Positions 50,157-63,852 of a stretch of DNA of 64,000 nucleotides are shown one piece after another. The stretch lies in NCBI GenBank assembly GCA_964016885.1, contig OZ024761.1, positions 2,170,001 to 2,234,000 on the forward strand. Reading direction: 5' to 3'. Position numbers and translations under genes: made by a program. This DNA is from Eledone cirrhosa (lineage: Eukaryota). The notes beneath the pieces were generated by a model, which was not told the DNA's origin, did no database searches, and saw nothing but the letters and a program-made list of their open reading frames with translations. Numbering within the stretch: the stretch's first letter is position 1; each line of letters opens with the position of its first letter.

Positions 50157-50224
50157 CTTTCTGAGGGACATTGCTAAATATGGTCAGCAGATTCTGAAGG
50201 TCATCTTGATGCAACTGTTGGTCA
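50157..50224 (-). CDS. POLRMT: Mitochondrial RNA polymerase, penultimate coding exon ((N)[22 protein letters not shown](G))
   Basis: Acceptor ttatgttttgcag, 68 nt, donor gtcagt. Its phases join the flanking exons exactly in frame, and VPQKG fits the xPxxG motif that precedes the C-terminus. Confidence 0.85.
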
Positions 50225-50306
50225 CTGCAAAACATAAGACTGATGTTAAATAGACGTCAGTTTGTATGATGTACATGTGTATGTATATGTATCTATATAC
50301 ATATAC

Positions 50307-50439
<133 letters not shown>

Positions 50440-50496
50440 TACATATATATACTCTTTTACTCTTTTACCTGTTTCAGCCACCCGGCTGTATATATG

Positions 50497-50527
<31 letters not shown>

Positions 50528-50549
50528 GTATATATGTATATATATATAC

Positions 50550-50582
<33 letters not shown>

Positions 50583-51959
50583 ATATGGAAAACAAAGGAT
50601 CAGTGATGCATCGGAACACAATTTATTACGTATTACAATTGTTTCTCTGGCAAATAGCTCGAGATGCGATCTATTTGTGGATCGAACCTGACTCTGGATT
50701 CGCAAGTTTCTCAGATACGTCTAGTGACTTTGAAGCAAACCCTCTGTCTGTTGGACTCCGACCCTTAGAATTTCTATCATATGCCATCATCTTGTTTTCG
50801 CGGCCCGTCGATTGGTCAAGAGTTCGAGACGTCATCTGTATGTTTGACCATTCGAAGCTGGGCACTGACCATTTCCATTCAGGCGTGAGCTGTCACCTTA
50901 ATTCTGTCACCAGAATTACTGCTACATGGGCGAGGGGTTATGATCTGCCTTGCCTGTCCCTAGCTTGCCTATCGCCCAACACATGTGCTCACACATAGAC
51001 ATTCCGAGCTCCTGATCACACACTCCTCTGTGTGGACATACACACACATACACCCCAGGCATATGCTCACGCGTTTGCGCACACACGTACACATGCATAT
51101 ATTCACCCCTCCTATATAGGTACATGCATACAGATATATGCACACATATACACATACACGGACCCACAGATATACACATACATATATCTATACATACACA
51201 CACACACATATATACATACGTATACACAGCCATATATACATACACACACATACATATGCATGCAACCAAGCCTACTCTTGTTTATACATATATGTATGTA
51301 TATATCTATACACACACACATGCACCCGTATGTACGCATGCACAGACACATGGACATAGGTCCACGCGCACACACAAATTACAGACACTCCCAGATGTGC
51401 GCATGTTTGTGTGTATGAGTAGGCCGGCTTAGGGTGTTATATAATATACCATATATATATATTATATAATATACCATGTTATATATTGTATAATATACCA
51501 TGGTATTATTATATAATATACCATGGTATAACTATATAATTACCATGTTATATACTATATAATATACCATGTTATATACTATATAATATACCATGGTATA
51601 TTATGTAGTATATACCATGGTATATTATGTAGTATATAACATGGTATATGCCATATGTTATACCGTTATATAATACAGAAGACCAATGTTCTCAGAAGCA
51701 TATAGAGAGTATACCACCACCCCTCCCACTGTAAAGGGGTTGTGTAGGTGTCACAACAAAAATCACCCAGTACTCACTGTGTGGTTGGTGTTAGGAAGGG
51801 CATCCAGCTGTAGAAATAAAGCCAGAATCAGTTCCGCATGAGTAAGACTTGGTCACCTGACCTGGCGTTGCCCACAACAGGAAAACCCGTCCAACCCATG
51901 CTAGCATAGAAGAACGGATGTAAAACGGTGATGATGGTGATGATGACAACTATATGATA

Positions 51960-53545
51960 TACCATGTTATATACTAAATTTACCATACTATATATTATGT
52001 TATACCATGCTATATACTACAATATACCATGCTATATACTACAATATACCATGCTATATACTACAATATACCATGCTATATACTACCATATACCATGCTA
52101 TATACTACAATATATCATGCTATATACTACCATACATGCTATATACTACAATATACCATGCTATATACTACAATATACCATGCTATATACTACAATATAC
52201 CATGCTATATACTACAATATATCATGCTATATACTACACTATACCATGCTATATACTACACTATACCATGCTATATACTACCATATACCATGCTATATAC
52301 TACACTATACCATGCTATATACTACAATATATCATGCTATATACTACAATATACCATGCTATATACTACAATATACCATGCTATATACTACAATATACCA
52401 TGCTATATACTACAATATACCATGCTATATACTACACTATACCATGCTATATACTACAATATATCATGCTATATACTACAATATACCATGCTATATACTA
52501 CAATATATCATGCTATATACTACAATATACCATGCTATATACTACACTATACCATGCTATATACTACAATATACCATGCTATATACTACAATATACCATG
52601 CTATATACTACAATATATCATGCTATATACTACACTATACCATGCTATATACTACACTATACCATGCTATATACTACCATATACCATGCTATATACTACA
52701 CTATACCATGCTATATACTACAATATATCATGCTATATACTACAATATACCATGCTATATACTACAATATACCATGCTATATACTACAATATACCATGCT
52801 ATATACTACAATATATCATGCTATATACTACACTATACCATGCTATATACTACACTATACCATGCTATATACTACCATATACCATGCTATATACTACACT
52901 ATACCATGCTATATACTACAATATATCATGCTATATACTACAATATACCATGCTATATACTACAATATACCATGCTATATACTACAATATACCATGCTAT
53001 ATACTACACTATACCATGCTATATACTACAATATATCATGCTATATACTACAATATACCATGCTATATACTACAATATATCATGCTATATACTACACTAT
53101 ACCATGCTATATACTACACTATACCATGCTATATACTACAATATACCATGCTATATACTACAATATACCATGCTATATACTACAATATATCATGCTATAT
53201 ACTACAATATACCATGCTATATACTACAATATATCATGCTATATACTACACTATACCATGCTATATACTACAATATATCATGCTATATACTACAATATAC
53301 CATGCTATATACTACAATATACCATGCTATATACTACACTATACCATGCTATATACTACAATATACCATGCTATATACTACACTATACCATGCTATATAC
53401 TACAATATATCATGCTATATACTACCATATACCATGCTATATACTACAATATACCATGCTATATACTACAATATATCATGCTATATACTACAATATATCA
53501 TGCTATATACTACAATATACCATGCTATATACTACCATATATGCT
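51960..53545. repeat. 22-bp minisatellite (taccatgctatatactacaata), ~70 copies; diverged units at 51437-51670
   Basis: Direct tandem periodicity; explains the three-frame Tyr/Ile-rich ORFs. Confidence 0.97.
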
Positions 53546-54281
53546 ATATGATATCCCAGGAGCAATAAGTGTTGTTAGAAGCAATAACGAGGGAGCCACA
53601 AAAGACTAATGAAATCAACAGAATTATTTGAAATGCAACACCAAGTTGACCTTTCCCTTGGAATCAGTCAACAATTCTAACGAGAGACTTCTCCTCATGT
53701 CACGTGTACATTTCAAACAATAACATTAACATGACAATAAAATATATAAAATTTTTAAATAAATAGTCTGCACATACACCATCACCATATATAAACACAC
53801 ACTCACACATACATGTATATACACACTTACACATACATGTATATACACACTTACACATACATGTATATACACATATCATCCATCATCATCGTTTAACGTC
53901 TATCTTCCACGCTAGCATGGGTTAGACGGGAGTTGTCCCACTTGAGGCAAGGTTGGTCGGGTGACCGTGTCTCGCTCATATAGGACTATCTAGCAGGTTT
54001 TCACGGCTGGATGCCCTTCATATATATATATATCATCATCATCATCACCGCCATTTAATTTCCATTTTTCCACACTGGCATGGGTTAGAAGGGTTGTCCT
54101 GTTGTGAGCAATGCTAGGTCAGGTGCCCATGTCTTGCTCATACAGAAATGATTTTGGCTTGGTTTCTATATTAGAAAAGATGAGGAAGTTTCGTTTACAT
54201 ATATACACTCTGCCTGTGCATAGAGTACTTGTTTTGGTACAACCACCAGTAATTCACAAAATCCCCTACACTATATTATAA

Positions 54282-55345
54282 TCATCATCATCATCATCAT
54301 TTTAACGTCCATCTTCTATGCTAGCATGGATTAGACGGTTTTGTTCCAGTTGATGCGGGAATGGTCGGGAGACCATGTCTCGCTCGTACAGAAGTGTTTC
54401 TGGCAGGTTTTTTTATGGCTGGATGCCCTTCCTAACACCAACAACATTTACAGTGTGGACTGGGAGCCTTTTTACTGTGTCTCCTACATGACCACATTAC
54501 AGCGTGGACTGGGAGCCTTTTTACCATGTCTCCTACATGGCCACATTACAGTGTGGACTGGGACCCCTTTTACCATGTCTCCTACATAGCCACCTCACAG
54601 CTTGGACTGGGAGTCTTTTTACTGTGTCTCCTACATGGCCACCTTACAGTGTGGATTGGAAGCCTTTTTACCGTGTCTCCTACATGACCACATTACAGCG
54701 TGGGCTGGGAGACTTTTTACTGTGTCACCTACATGACCACATTAAAGCATGGACTGGGAGCCTTTTTACCGTGTCTCCTACATGGCCACCTCACAGTGTG
54801 GACTGGGAGCCTTTTTACTGTGTCTCCTACATGGCCACCTCACAGCGTGGACTGGGAGCCTTTTTACTGTGTCTCCTACATGGCCACCTTACAGTGTGGA
54901 TTGGAAGCCTTTTTACCGTGTCTCCTACATGGCCACCTTACAGCGTGGACTGGGAGCCTTTTTACTATGTCCCCTACATGGCCACCTTACAGTGTGGACT
55001 GGGAGCCTTTTTACCGTGTCTCCTACATGACCACATTACAGTGTGGACTGGGAGCCTTTTTACCGTGTCTCCTACATGGCCACCTCACAGCGTGGACTGG
55101 GAGCCTTTTTACTATGTCCCCTACATGGCCACCTTACAGTGTGGACTGGGAGCCTTTTTACCGTGTCTCCTACATGGCCACCTCACAGTGTGGACTGGGA
55201 GCCTTTTTACTGTGTCTCCTACATGGCCACATTACAGTGTGGACTGGGAGCCTTTTTACCGTGTCTCCTACATGGCCACCTCACAGTGTGGACTGGGAGC
55301 CTTTTTACTGTGTCTCCTACATGGCCACATTACAGTGTGGACTGT
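54282..55345 (-). repeat. RTE 3' tail whose internal 49-bp segment is expanded into ~18 tandem copies (54450-55345)
   Basis: Unit acagtgtggactgggagcctttttactgtgtctcctacatggccacctt matches positions 53-112 of the RTE UTR copy at the window start. Confidence 0.9.
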
Positions 55346-55576
55346 TGTGTCAGCAACACAGTGGACGGAACAGGAAAGGGAGGATGGGGTATATAGTATA
55401 AGAACTTTATTATATTTGTTCTAATCCTGCATATTTCACTTATAATGTGAGGCTATACCCACACATCTTGTGCAGTTGCATGTGTGGTAATATGTGTACT
55501 GCCGCGTGTAGACAGACATATGTCTAATGGTATTACCTTACCTTCATACTATCATTATTATTATTTTAATGTTCTG

Positions 55577-55830
55577 GGGATTGGCAGTATCGGTAGAGGG
55601 TCGGACACCATGATTGGCAGTATCTGTAGAGAGTCGGACACCATGATTGGCAGTATCTGTAGAGAGTCGGACACCATGCTTTGTAGCATAGAGTTACCTC
55701 CTTTTATTATCTGAGTTCAAATCCTGCCGAGGTTAACTTTGCCTTTCATCTTTACGTGGTCGATAAAATAAACTACCAGTAATGCACTGGGGCAATTGCT
55801 GGCCTTGTGCCAAAAGTAGAAACAATTATT
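55577..55830 (+). mobile_element. Meta-type SINE with a triplicated 33-bp head segment
   Basis: attggcagtatc.gtagag.gtcggacaccatg at 55580, 55613 and 55646. Confidence 0.8.
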
Positions 55831-56333
55831 TTAATGTTCTGCTTACTTATCTTGTATTTATCTTTAATTTTATAGGGACATATATAACTATCTTCTATGT
55901 TGTTATGTGTGTGTATACATACACGTGTGCGAGTATATACATGTATGTATGTGTATTAATCTATGTATATTTGTATCTATGTATCTGAGAGTGTGTACAT
56001 ACGCATGTATGCATACACAAGTCTATGCATACATATATATGTCTATGCCTATATATATATGTGTATATATGGATGTGTGTGTGATTATATATGTGAGTCT
56101 ATGTGTATGTGGGTGTGTGTGTATATTTTTATTCGGATTTTTAGTTGGGTGTGTACGGATATAGATGTGTATGTAAATGTATGTATGTACTTGTGTGGCT
56201 ATATGTATATGTAGGTACGCACATGCACGTATATGTGTCTGTATTTATGTATATCTCTCTCTCTCTATATATATATATATTTATATATATATATGAGTGT
56301 GTGTATATATATATGTGTGTGTATATAGGTGTA

Positions 56334-56900
56334 TCATCATCATCATCATCAACGTTTAACGTCCGTGTTCCACGCTTGCATGGGTTTGGACGGGGGTAGT
56401 CCCACTTGAGGCAAGAGTGATTGTCTTGCTCGCATAGGACTGTCTGGCAGGTTTTCTACAGTTGGATGCCCTTCCTAACACCAACCACATTTACAGTGTG
56501 GGTCTGGGAGGTTTTTGCCGTGTTGCCTACACGGCCACATTACAGCGTGGACTGTGTGTTTTTTTGTCGTGACACCTACACGATCTCATTTGTTTCGGCC
56601 TGGATGGTGTGGCACCAACATAACTTTACATAGAACGGGGTGGTGTGGATGGGGTGGGGGTGGTGGGGTGGGTGGGACGGGGGTATTTTGTTAGAGATGC
56701 CTACTGGCTATAGTAGGTTTTACTATGTATTTAGGTAAGGCGGGTCTTCTCTGTTACTGAGTACCGCCAAAGGTCTCGGTCCAGTGACATTGTCTTGGAG
56801 AGGTGTAAGTGTGTGAGGTCGGAGTTTATCAGCTCGTCCCAGGTTTTTCTGGGTCTGCCTATTCCGTGGCTACCATCTATCTTTATTGCCCTGCACTTTG
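56334..56900 (-). mobile_element. RTE LINE 3' end and UTR
   Basis: Closely similar to 1-440. Confidence 0.85.
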
Positions 56901-57662
56901 TTGTGTATATATATACATGAATGTGTATGTATGGATATATGGGTGGGTGTGGCTGCTTGCATATGTAAGTATGTATGTATCTGTCTGTATTGGATGTGTT
57001 AGTATACGTATGGATGCTTCACCGTATCAGTATATATGTACGGACACCTATGTATATTTACATATTTTTTGTATAGGTATGTGCGTGGATGTATGTATGT
57101 ATGTGTATGTATATGTATGTATATATTTATATATATATATGTGTGTGTGTGTGTATGTATATGTATGTGCATGGATATATATATGTGTATATGTATATAT
57201 TTATATATATATGTGAGTGTGTGTATGTATATGTGTATGTATGTATATGTATGTGTGTATGTATGTGTATATGCTTATGTGTGTATGAGTATATGTATAG
57301 ATCTATATGTGAGTACGTGCGTGCCAGAGATATGTGTGTGTAAGTCCGTATTTGTCTTGTCTTTCATGTCCAAGGTATAATCGTCCCCCTCCCCTACCTG
57401 TCAACACCAATGTCCTAAGTATGACTTATAGCCTCACAAACGCTTCAAGCAAGTGAGGTTGTGGAAGACAGGCAGACAGTCTTTCAACCACGCGACAACT
57501 TGACCAGATGAGAGATAGACGTTATTTCATAAATAAACCGATGGTGGGAGGAATAACAAACGAATCAACAGTAATGCAGAATACCACGTTGTTGGAATGT
57601 GCTGAATATAACAACTACTGGAGAAATTCACACAAAATCAGAGATGAGCTTACACACTGAAG

Positions 57663-57752
57663 CATATCTGAGGATCTTTCGATTCCAGAGTCAGGTTCGA
57701 TCAATAATAGATCATTCCTCGAGCTGATCAACAGTGAAACATATGTAATATG
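57663..57752 (+). ncRNA. Type I hammerhead ribozyme with long stem II
   Basis: catat-CTGAGGA...GAAA-catatGTA-atatg; 5-bp stem I; palindromic stem III. Confidence 0.6.
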
Positions 57753-57902
57753 ATATTAAATATGTTATGATGCAACACTGACTCTTTGTTCCTTTATTCT
57801 TATACTATTATACTCTGCTCTGCGTGAGCATCAAGTGCTCACCTGGATGCAATTTTCTTGCACCTAAATATTTATATATTTATATAAATTTAAAGGTATA
57901 GT

Positions 57903-58892
57903 ACTAGGAAAAACAAATGACTAGGCAAGAATTAAAAGTTAGAAGAGAAAGATTAATTTGGAATTCGTTCTTTAACATATGTTTCTATACAATATCAGTC
58001 TACAAGTGCAAACTGCATATTCTTATGCTCTATCGCAAGCATTACGTAAAATATTGCACTTCATCAGAAAGAGTAGAATGTTCATAGGTGAGGTCTCTAC
58101 ATCTCGCAGTAAGAATTTTCTGAATAATAATTTAATACTTATAGAACTACATAAGAAATACCGTAAAACAAATATATCTTCTATTAAGGATATCAATAGA
58201 GAAGGATTAGCAATAAACTAGTTTTAGCTGACTGAACAGAACTGTTTAAACCTCAACAACCAGCTTTCAATTTGTATTAGATTAATTTGCCCCACTAACT
58301 CTGACATGGGACATATTTGTAAATGTATTTTGGATAGAGTAATTTTACAAATGAGAAATAGGTTATCTAACTTTGGGACAACACTAGTGAAGTAACAGAC
58401 TGGTTCACTTAATTAGAGGACAAGGCTTCGTCAAAATTTATCCAATTTGATATTGTTGATTACTACTCCTCTATATCACCTATCCTTCTTAATAAGGCCC
58501 TTATATTTGCTATGCACAACTCTATTTTGACTAGGGATGAAGTAGATACAGTTTTAGCTGCCAGACGCTATGTAATATTGTTTAATAATGAATACTGGAC
58601 ACACAGGGATAGATGTAATGATTTGACATAACTACAGGGCTCTAGCGACTCAGCCCAGATCATGGACTGTGTTGGAATCTATCTCATGCTCAATCTGCAC
58701 CAGGACTTTGTTCACCTTCAGGGCAGATTATACAAAGATGATGCGCTTCTAATCATAAAAAAATTTCAACGGTCAACAACTTGAAAGTAGAAGGAAAGCT
58801 ATAAGATCCTTCTTTAAGCGACAGGGCCTTAAAATTACTCCCGACCACAATTTTAATTTAGCAAACTTTCTAAATGTGAAATTAGACCTAAA
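57903..58892 (+). mobile_element. Degenerate PLE RT fragment (58110-58892, +) preceded by an inverted pseudo-LTR with hammerhead (57903-58110, -)
   Basis: Read by eye: RLICPTNSDMG, FIQFDIVDYYSSI, SDSAQIMDCVGIY, GRLYKDDALL, ANFLNVKLDL. Ribozyme: tcttt-CTGATGA...GAAA-catatGTT-aaaga. Confidence 0.75.
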
Positions 58893-59309
58893 GTTTAAAT
58901 TTTTGTGTTTATCCATAAAGTCATTACGTTTACACCTGTTAATTAATTTCACCTACCCATAAAAGTCAAATTTAACAAAAAAATCAGGTAAAAATATATA
59001 ATTGTAAATTATTAACATTTTAACATGTACTGACAAAATTTCAAGTCTGCACATAGAAAATTAAGAAAATTACAAACAAATAAAATTGATAACCCTCTTG
59101 AGTATGATTAACTCAAAATAATTGTTTCTACTTTTGGCACAAGGCCAGCAATTACCCAGTGCATTACTGATACTTTATTTTATCGACCCCGTAAAGATGA
59201 AAGGCAAAGTTAACCGTGGCAGGATTTACTCAAAATAATGTGAATAGATAAGCATGACATTTGAAAATTAATGTGAATGCTAAAGGGTTAATTCTGGCCT
59301 GTATGAACC

Positions 59310-60110
59310 CCACCAGGTCACTCTCTGTCTGGTTGGAGCTCTGCTCCTGTCACAAGTTTCATCAGAAGCCTGCAGTAAGTTGTCACGTAAGAAATTCCAG
59401 TTATTATCTATGTCATACAACTCTAAATCGTCTTCTTTTTCGTCATACACATCTTAAAGGGCTTTCCTAAATTTCTATTTTAGTGAAAGGTCTTTTAGCT
59501 TCCAGACCTTTCTTTTCCGCACCTTCCTGTATGTCTCATTCTATCTCTTGCTTACTGAGATATCACTAACGACTAACCTATGCTGTGGGGTACATTCTTC
59601 CCCAGGGTATGCCTTAGTATTTGACACCATCTGCCTGTCCCACTGTCTAACTAGTAAGAAGTCAATCTGGCTTATGTGCTCGCCAGATTTGTAGGTTATT
59701 AGGTGGTTGGAAGGTTTCTGGAAGTTAGTGTTGCAAATAATCAGTCTATTTGCATCACAAAATTCAAGAAGTCTCACTCCTTCATTTCTTGAGCCGTAAC
59801 CGTGCCGACCATGTACCCCAGTGTAACCATCCTGGAGCTGTCCAACATGACCATTGAAGTCCCCTGCTAGCATAACGATGTCTCTGTCCTCTGTCATTGC
59901 GGTTGTTTGTAAAAGTTGCTCGTAAAAGCAGTCTTTCTCTTCTTTGCCTAGGCCTGCTTGGGAGCAGAGGCAGAGATGATTGTCAGTAGTCTCCTGCCTA
60001 CAACTAATCTAAGCTTAATTATTCTATTATTAACTCGAACTACCTCTATTGTCTTAGTGATCCATCTCTCAGCCAGGAAAATGCCTACTCCCCCTAACCC
60101 ATCATCCTTA
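59310..60110 (-). mobile_element. RTE LINE APE-domain fragment
   Basis: ORF 59541-59897; closely similar to 20660-21460. Confidence 0.88.
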
Positions 60111-60329
60111 CATGATTACAAAGTATAATGTGAAGAGATTCTTTCTCTTTATCTTCCTCTCCTGGAAGAAGTTGTGTTTGGAGCTGGAGAGAGACAGAGA
60201 TGGGCTCCAAGAGGTTTAAAATGTCCAAGACACACATGTATGGCACTATGGCATCCCCATGACTCCATGGGGAGTTAGGGATACATACATAATGTCAAGA
60301 GCAACAGTAAAAGAACAATCACTACTTAC

Positions 60330-60421
60330 TTTATATTGGGACAGTAGGTGTTTATAAGATGTCTGGAGAGTTCTTCTAGAATCGGTTCATTGTGTAATGC
60401 AACAAACTGTTCACGGCATAT
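60330..60421 (-). CDS. POLRMT: Mitochondrial RNA polymerase, third-from-last coding exon (ICREQFVALHNEPILEELSRHLINTYCPNI)
   Basis: Acceptor tttatttctctctag, then 92 nt (30 codons + 2 nt), then donor gtaagt. The peptide matches the CREQFVxLHxEPIL motif of phage-type mitochondrial RNA polymerases. Confidence 0.92.
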
Positions 60422-60642
60422 CTAGAGAGAAATAAACACACATATTATATATATATATATATATATTTGAAAAGGGAAGTAAGGTTCTATACAGTGGATA
60501 TAGAAGAAAGGTGAAATTGGAAATAGCATGGAAAATATGTTTATGGGTCTGTTTTTCTTTATTTTCCTTTCTTTGATTCATCAACGTGACATTATTGAAA
60601 AAACGAGAGGGACAATTCTTTTAAAAAAGAGTTTTATAATGT

Positions 60643-60680
60643 ACTAGCAGATTTACCTGGTGTTGCTCGGGGTTTGAAAT
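60643..60680 (-). mobile_element. Helitron-like 3' terminus remnant
   Basis: Minus strand: cccgagcaacaccagg (decayed GC hairpin), short spacer, then CTAG followed by T. Confidence 0.5.
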
Positions 60681-60829
60681 TATGCTAAGAATATACAGGT
60701 AGGAAGTAAAAGAAGAACATTATTTGACCCCAACCTGTCAAAATAAACAGAAGTCTTCAATAATTAATGCAAACGAATATTTAGTGCAATCTTTGTACAC
60801 TATGCTGATAATGAAGGAAAAAATTTATC

Positions 60830-61015
60830 AGATCATCCCAGGTTTTTCTGGGTCTACCTACACCGTAACTTCCATCAATTTTGCTCGCCCAGCACTTTTT
60901 TTATACAGCTGTCGTCTTTCATGCGCATCACGTGGCCATACCAACGTAGTCTTCTCTCGAGTAAACAGCATCTGATCCCTCTTATTCTTAATTTCTCACT
61001 TAGTTCATTTATGCT
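60830..61015 (-). mobile_element. RTE LINE fragment
   Basis: Similar to 390-560. Confidence 0.7.
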
Positions 61016-61034
61016 TATATATATATATATAGTT

Positions 61035-63520
61035 AAATCTTAGACAGGAACAAAAACAGAGAGGCAGTACAAATATTAGTTTATTAGGTTCACGCTTTTG
61101 AGAGTGGGAGGGGGGGGGGGGGGGGGGAACGACGTTTCGGGCATAAAGCCTTCATCAGGAGAAAAGTGGTTAGGAAGAGAGTTCTGAGGGTGTGTGGGGG
61201 AGTGGTGGAAAGACATTTTAAAAAAAGGGGAGGAGAAACGAGTGAGGCGTGTAGGGGTGATGTGGCGGGTGGAGTTGGAAGAGGGAGGCGGGGGGTCCGA
61301 GCAGGGAGGGCTGAAGGTGGTGTTTGTGTATGTGTGTGTGTGTGTATGTGGGAGTTAGGGGAAGAACGAGGTCCCATGTTCAGGTAAAGGGGGAACCGGA
61401 GTGTGTGTGCATGTGGATGGAGAGGGGTCAGAGGGAAGGGGGGCGTGTGGACTCTGGAGGCTGAGTGTGTGTATGTGGGGGCACGCACGTGTGTATTTGT
61501 GTTTATACGTGGTGTGGATGTAGGTGGCGTGGTTCGAAAAAAAAGTATGAGTGTTTGTTCGTGGGTATGTTCCTAAAGTGGGTATGTTCCTAAAGTGGGT
61601 ATGTTCCTAAAGTGGGTATGTTCCTAAAGTAGGTATGTTCCTAAAGTGGGTATGTTCCTAAAGTGGGTATGTTCCTAAAGTGGGTATGTTCCTAAAGTAG
61701 GTATGTTCCTAAAGTGGGTATGTTCCTAAAGTGGGTATGTTCCTAAAGTGGGTATGTTCCTAAAGTGGGTATGTTCCTAAAGTAGGTATGTTCCTAAAGT
61801 GGGTATGTTCCTAAAGTAGGTATGTTCCTAAAGTGGGTATGTTCCTAAAGTGGGTATGTTCCTAAAGTGGGTATGTTCCTAAAGTGGGTATGTTCCTAAA
61901 GTGGGTATGTTCCTAAAGCGGGTATGTTCCTAAAGCGGGTATGTTCCTAAAGCGGGTATGTTCCTAAAGCGGGTATGTTCCTAAAGTGGGTATGTTCCTA
62001 AAGTGGGTATGTTCCTAAAGTGGGTATGTTCCTAAAGTGGGTATGTTCCTAAAGCGGGTATGTTCCTAAAGCGGGTATGTTCCTAAAGCGGGTATGTTCC
62101 TAAAGCGGGTATGTTCCTAAAGCGGGTATGTTCCTAAAGTGGGTATGTTCCTAAAGTGGGTATGTTCCTAAAGTGGGTATGTTCCTAAAGTGGGTATGTT
62201 CCTAAAGTGGGTATGTTCCTAAAGCGGGTATGTTCCTAAAGCGGGTATGTTCCTAAAGCGGGTATGTTCCTAAAGCGGGTATGTTCCTAAAGTGGGTATG
62301 TTCCTAAAGTGGGTATGTTCCTAAAGTGGGTATGTTCCTAAAGTGGGTATGTTCCTAAAGCGGGTATGTTCCTAAAGCGGGTATGTTCCTAAAGCGGGTA
62401 TGTTCCTAAAGCGGGTATGTTCCTAAAGCGGGTATGTTCCTAAAGTGGGTATGTTCCTAAAGTGGGTATGTTCCTAAAGTGGGTATGTTCCTAAAGTGGG
62501 TATGTTCCTAAAGTGGGTATGTTCCTAAAGTGGGTATGTTCCCTGAGTGTGCGATGAGATTGTGGATATTTCTCATGTTATAGAGTGGATAGCTGGAACG
62601 ATGACCGGTGGTGTGGAATCCTGGTGGGGTAGTGCGGAAGTGGAGAGATGTGTGGGGGGGGGTGCGCACGCAACAGGAAGCGGTCAGAGGGTCAGGGCAG
62701 GGTGAAGAGATAGAAGTAGAGGAGGATGACAGGTAGAGAAATGGTCTGTATGTGGTGTGGACTGTGTGTGTGTGTGTGTGTGCAGAGGTGCGGTGGACAG
62801 GGGAGAGGATGGGTAGGTGTGAAAGGTGGAGAGGGAAGGTGGTGTATGGGGGGGATGGGGTGTATATTAGTGGAGGTGTTAGTGGGATGTGTGTGTGTGA
62901 AGGGGTGTAGGTGGAGTGGGGAGAGGGAGAGAAAAGGTGTTGGGGACGGAGGAGGGAGTGTAGTGTACTGGTGTGTGTGTGTGCGTGTTTGGATGAGTGT
63001 GTGTGTGGTAGAGAGGGTGTTAGTATTACTGGTGGTGGGGAAGGGGTTGAATGCAGGTGTATAGGTGGGGGTTAGTGGTGGTTGGGTGTGTGGAGTGGGT
63101 GGTCTACGTAGATGTGGGTGGGTGTGTGTGTGATGGTGTGTGTTCGGTTGCGTGGGGTTGGGGTGATGTTAGTGATATTAGTTGTGGGGTGGTCGGAGTG
63201 GATGTGTGGGTGAGGGTTAGTGGTGGTAGTAGGGCGTGTGAATAGTGTGAGTGCATGTATATATATACAGGTGTGTGTGTGGGGGGGGGGTTAGTTGGGG
63301 AAGGCTGGGGAGTGGGGGGAGGTGAAATGGAGGAGTCTCTTAGCGGTGTTAGTGGGGGGGGGGAAGGTGGGCGGACGAAGACTAAAGGAATAGGGGTGGG
63401 GAGTTCAGGCCAGGGGGTGTGTAGGTCTGTAGGGTGAAGATGGTGTGTTGTTTGACCGTGAGTGGCGTGTGTTCCATGGCATTGGAGCAGGCCACAGACT
63501 GTGAGGTGGTGGGCGGAATG
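61035..63520 (-). mobile_element. Probable PLE 3' region (CA-rich tail, terminal hammerhead at 61128-61160, AATAAA), interrupted by a 17-bp satellite
   Basis: Minus strand: CTGATGA-aggc-tttat-gccc-GAAACGTC, then ctaataaac; weak peptide traces (IPLVFVRPP; YNMRNIHNLIAHS). Confidence 0.5.
61561..62543. repeat. 17-bp minisatellite (gtgggtatgttcctaaa), ~58 copies
   Basis: Direct tandem repeats with gtggg/gtagg/gcggg variants. Confidence 0.97.
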
Positions 63521-63542
63521 TATATATATATATATAAACATT

Positions 63543-63595
<53 letters not shown>

Positions 63596-63599
63596 CATA

Positions 63600-63852
63600 C
63601 AGGTGTCACGACAAAAAAACACAGTCCACGCTGTAATGTGGCCGTGTAGGTAACACGGTAAAAACCTCCCAGTCCACACTGTAAATGTGGTTGGTGTTAG
63701 GAAGGGCATCCAGCCGTAGAAAACCTACCAGATAGTCCTATACGAGCGAGACACGGTCACCCGACCAACCTTGCCTCAAGTGGGACAACACCCGTCTAAC
63801 CCATGCTAGTGTGGAAGATGGACGTTAAACGAAGATGATGGTGATGATGATT
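63600..63852 (+). mobile_element. RTE LINE 3' UTR
   Basis: Similar to 2424-2675. Confidence 0.8.

Noticed and set aside
51964-53609. Three >500-aa ORFs (MLYTTIYHAIYYNIPCYILQ...)
   Set aside because: Translations of a stop-free 22-bp minisatellite in all three frames; no evidence of a gene.
54504-55424. 306-aa and 233-aa ORFs
   Set aside because: Translations of the 49-bp RTE-derived minisatellite.
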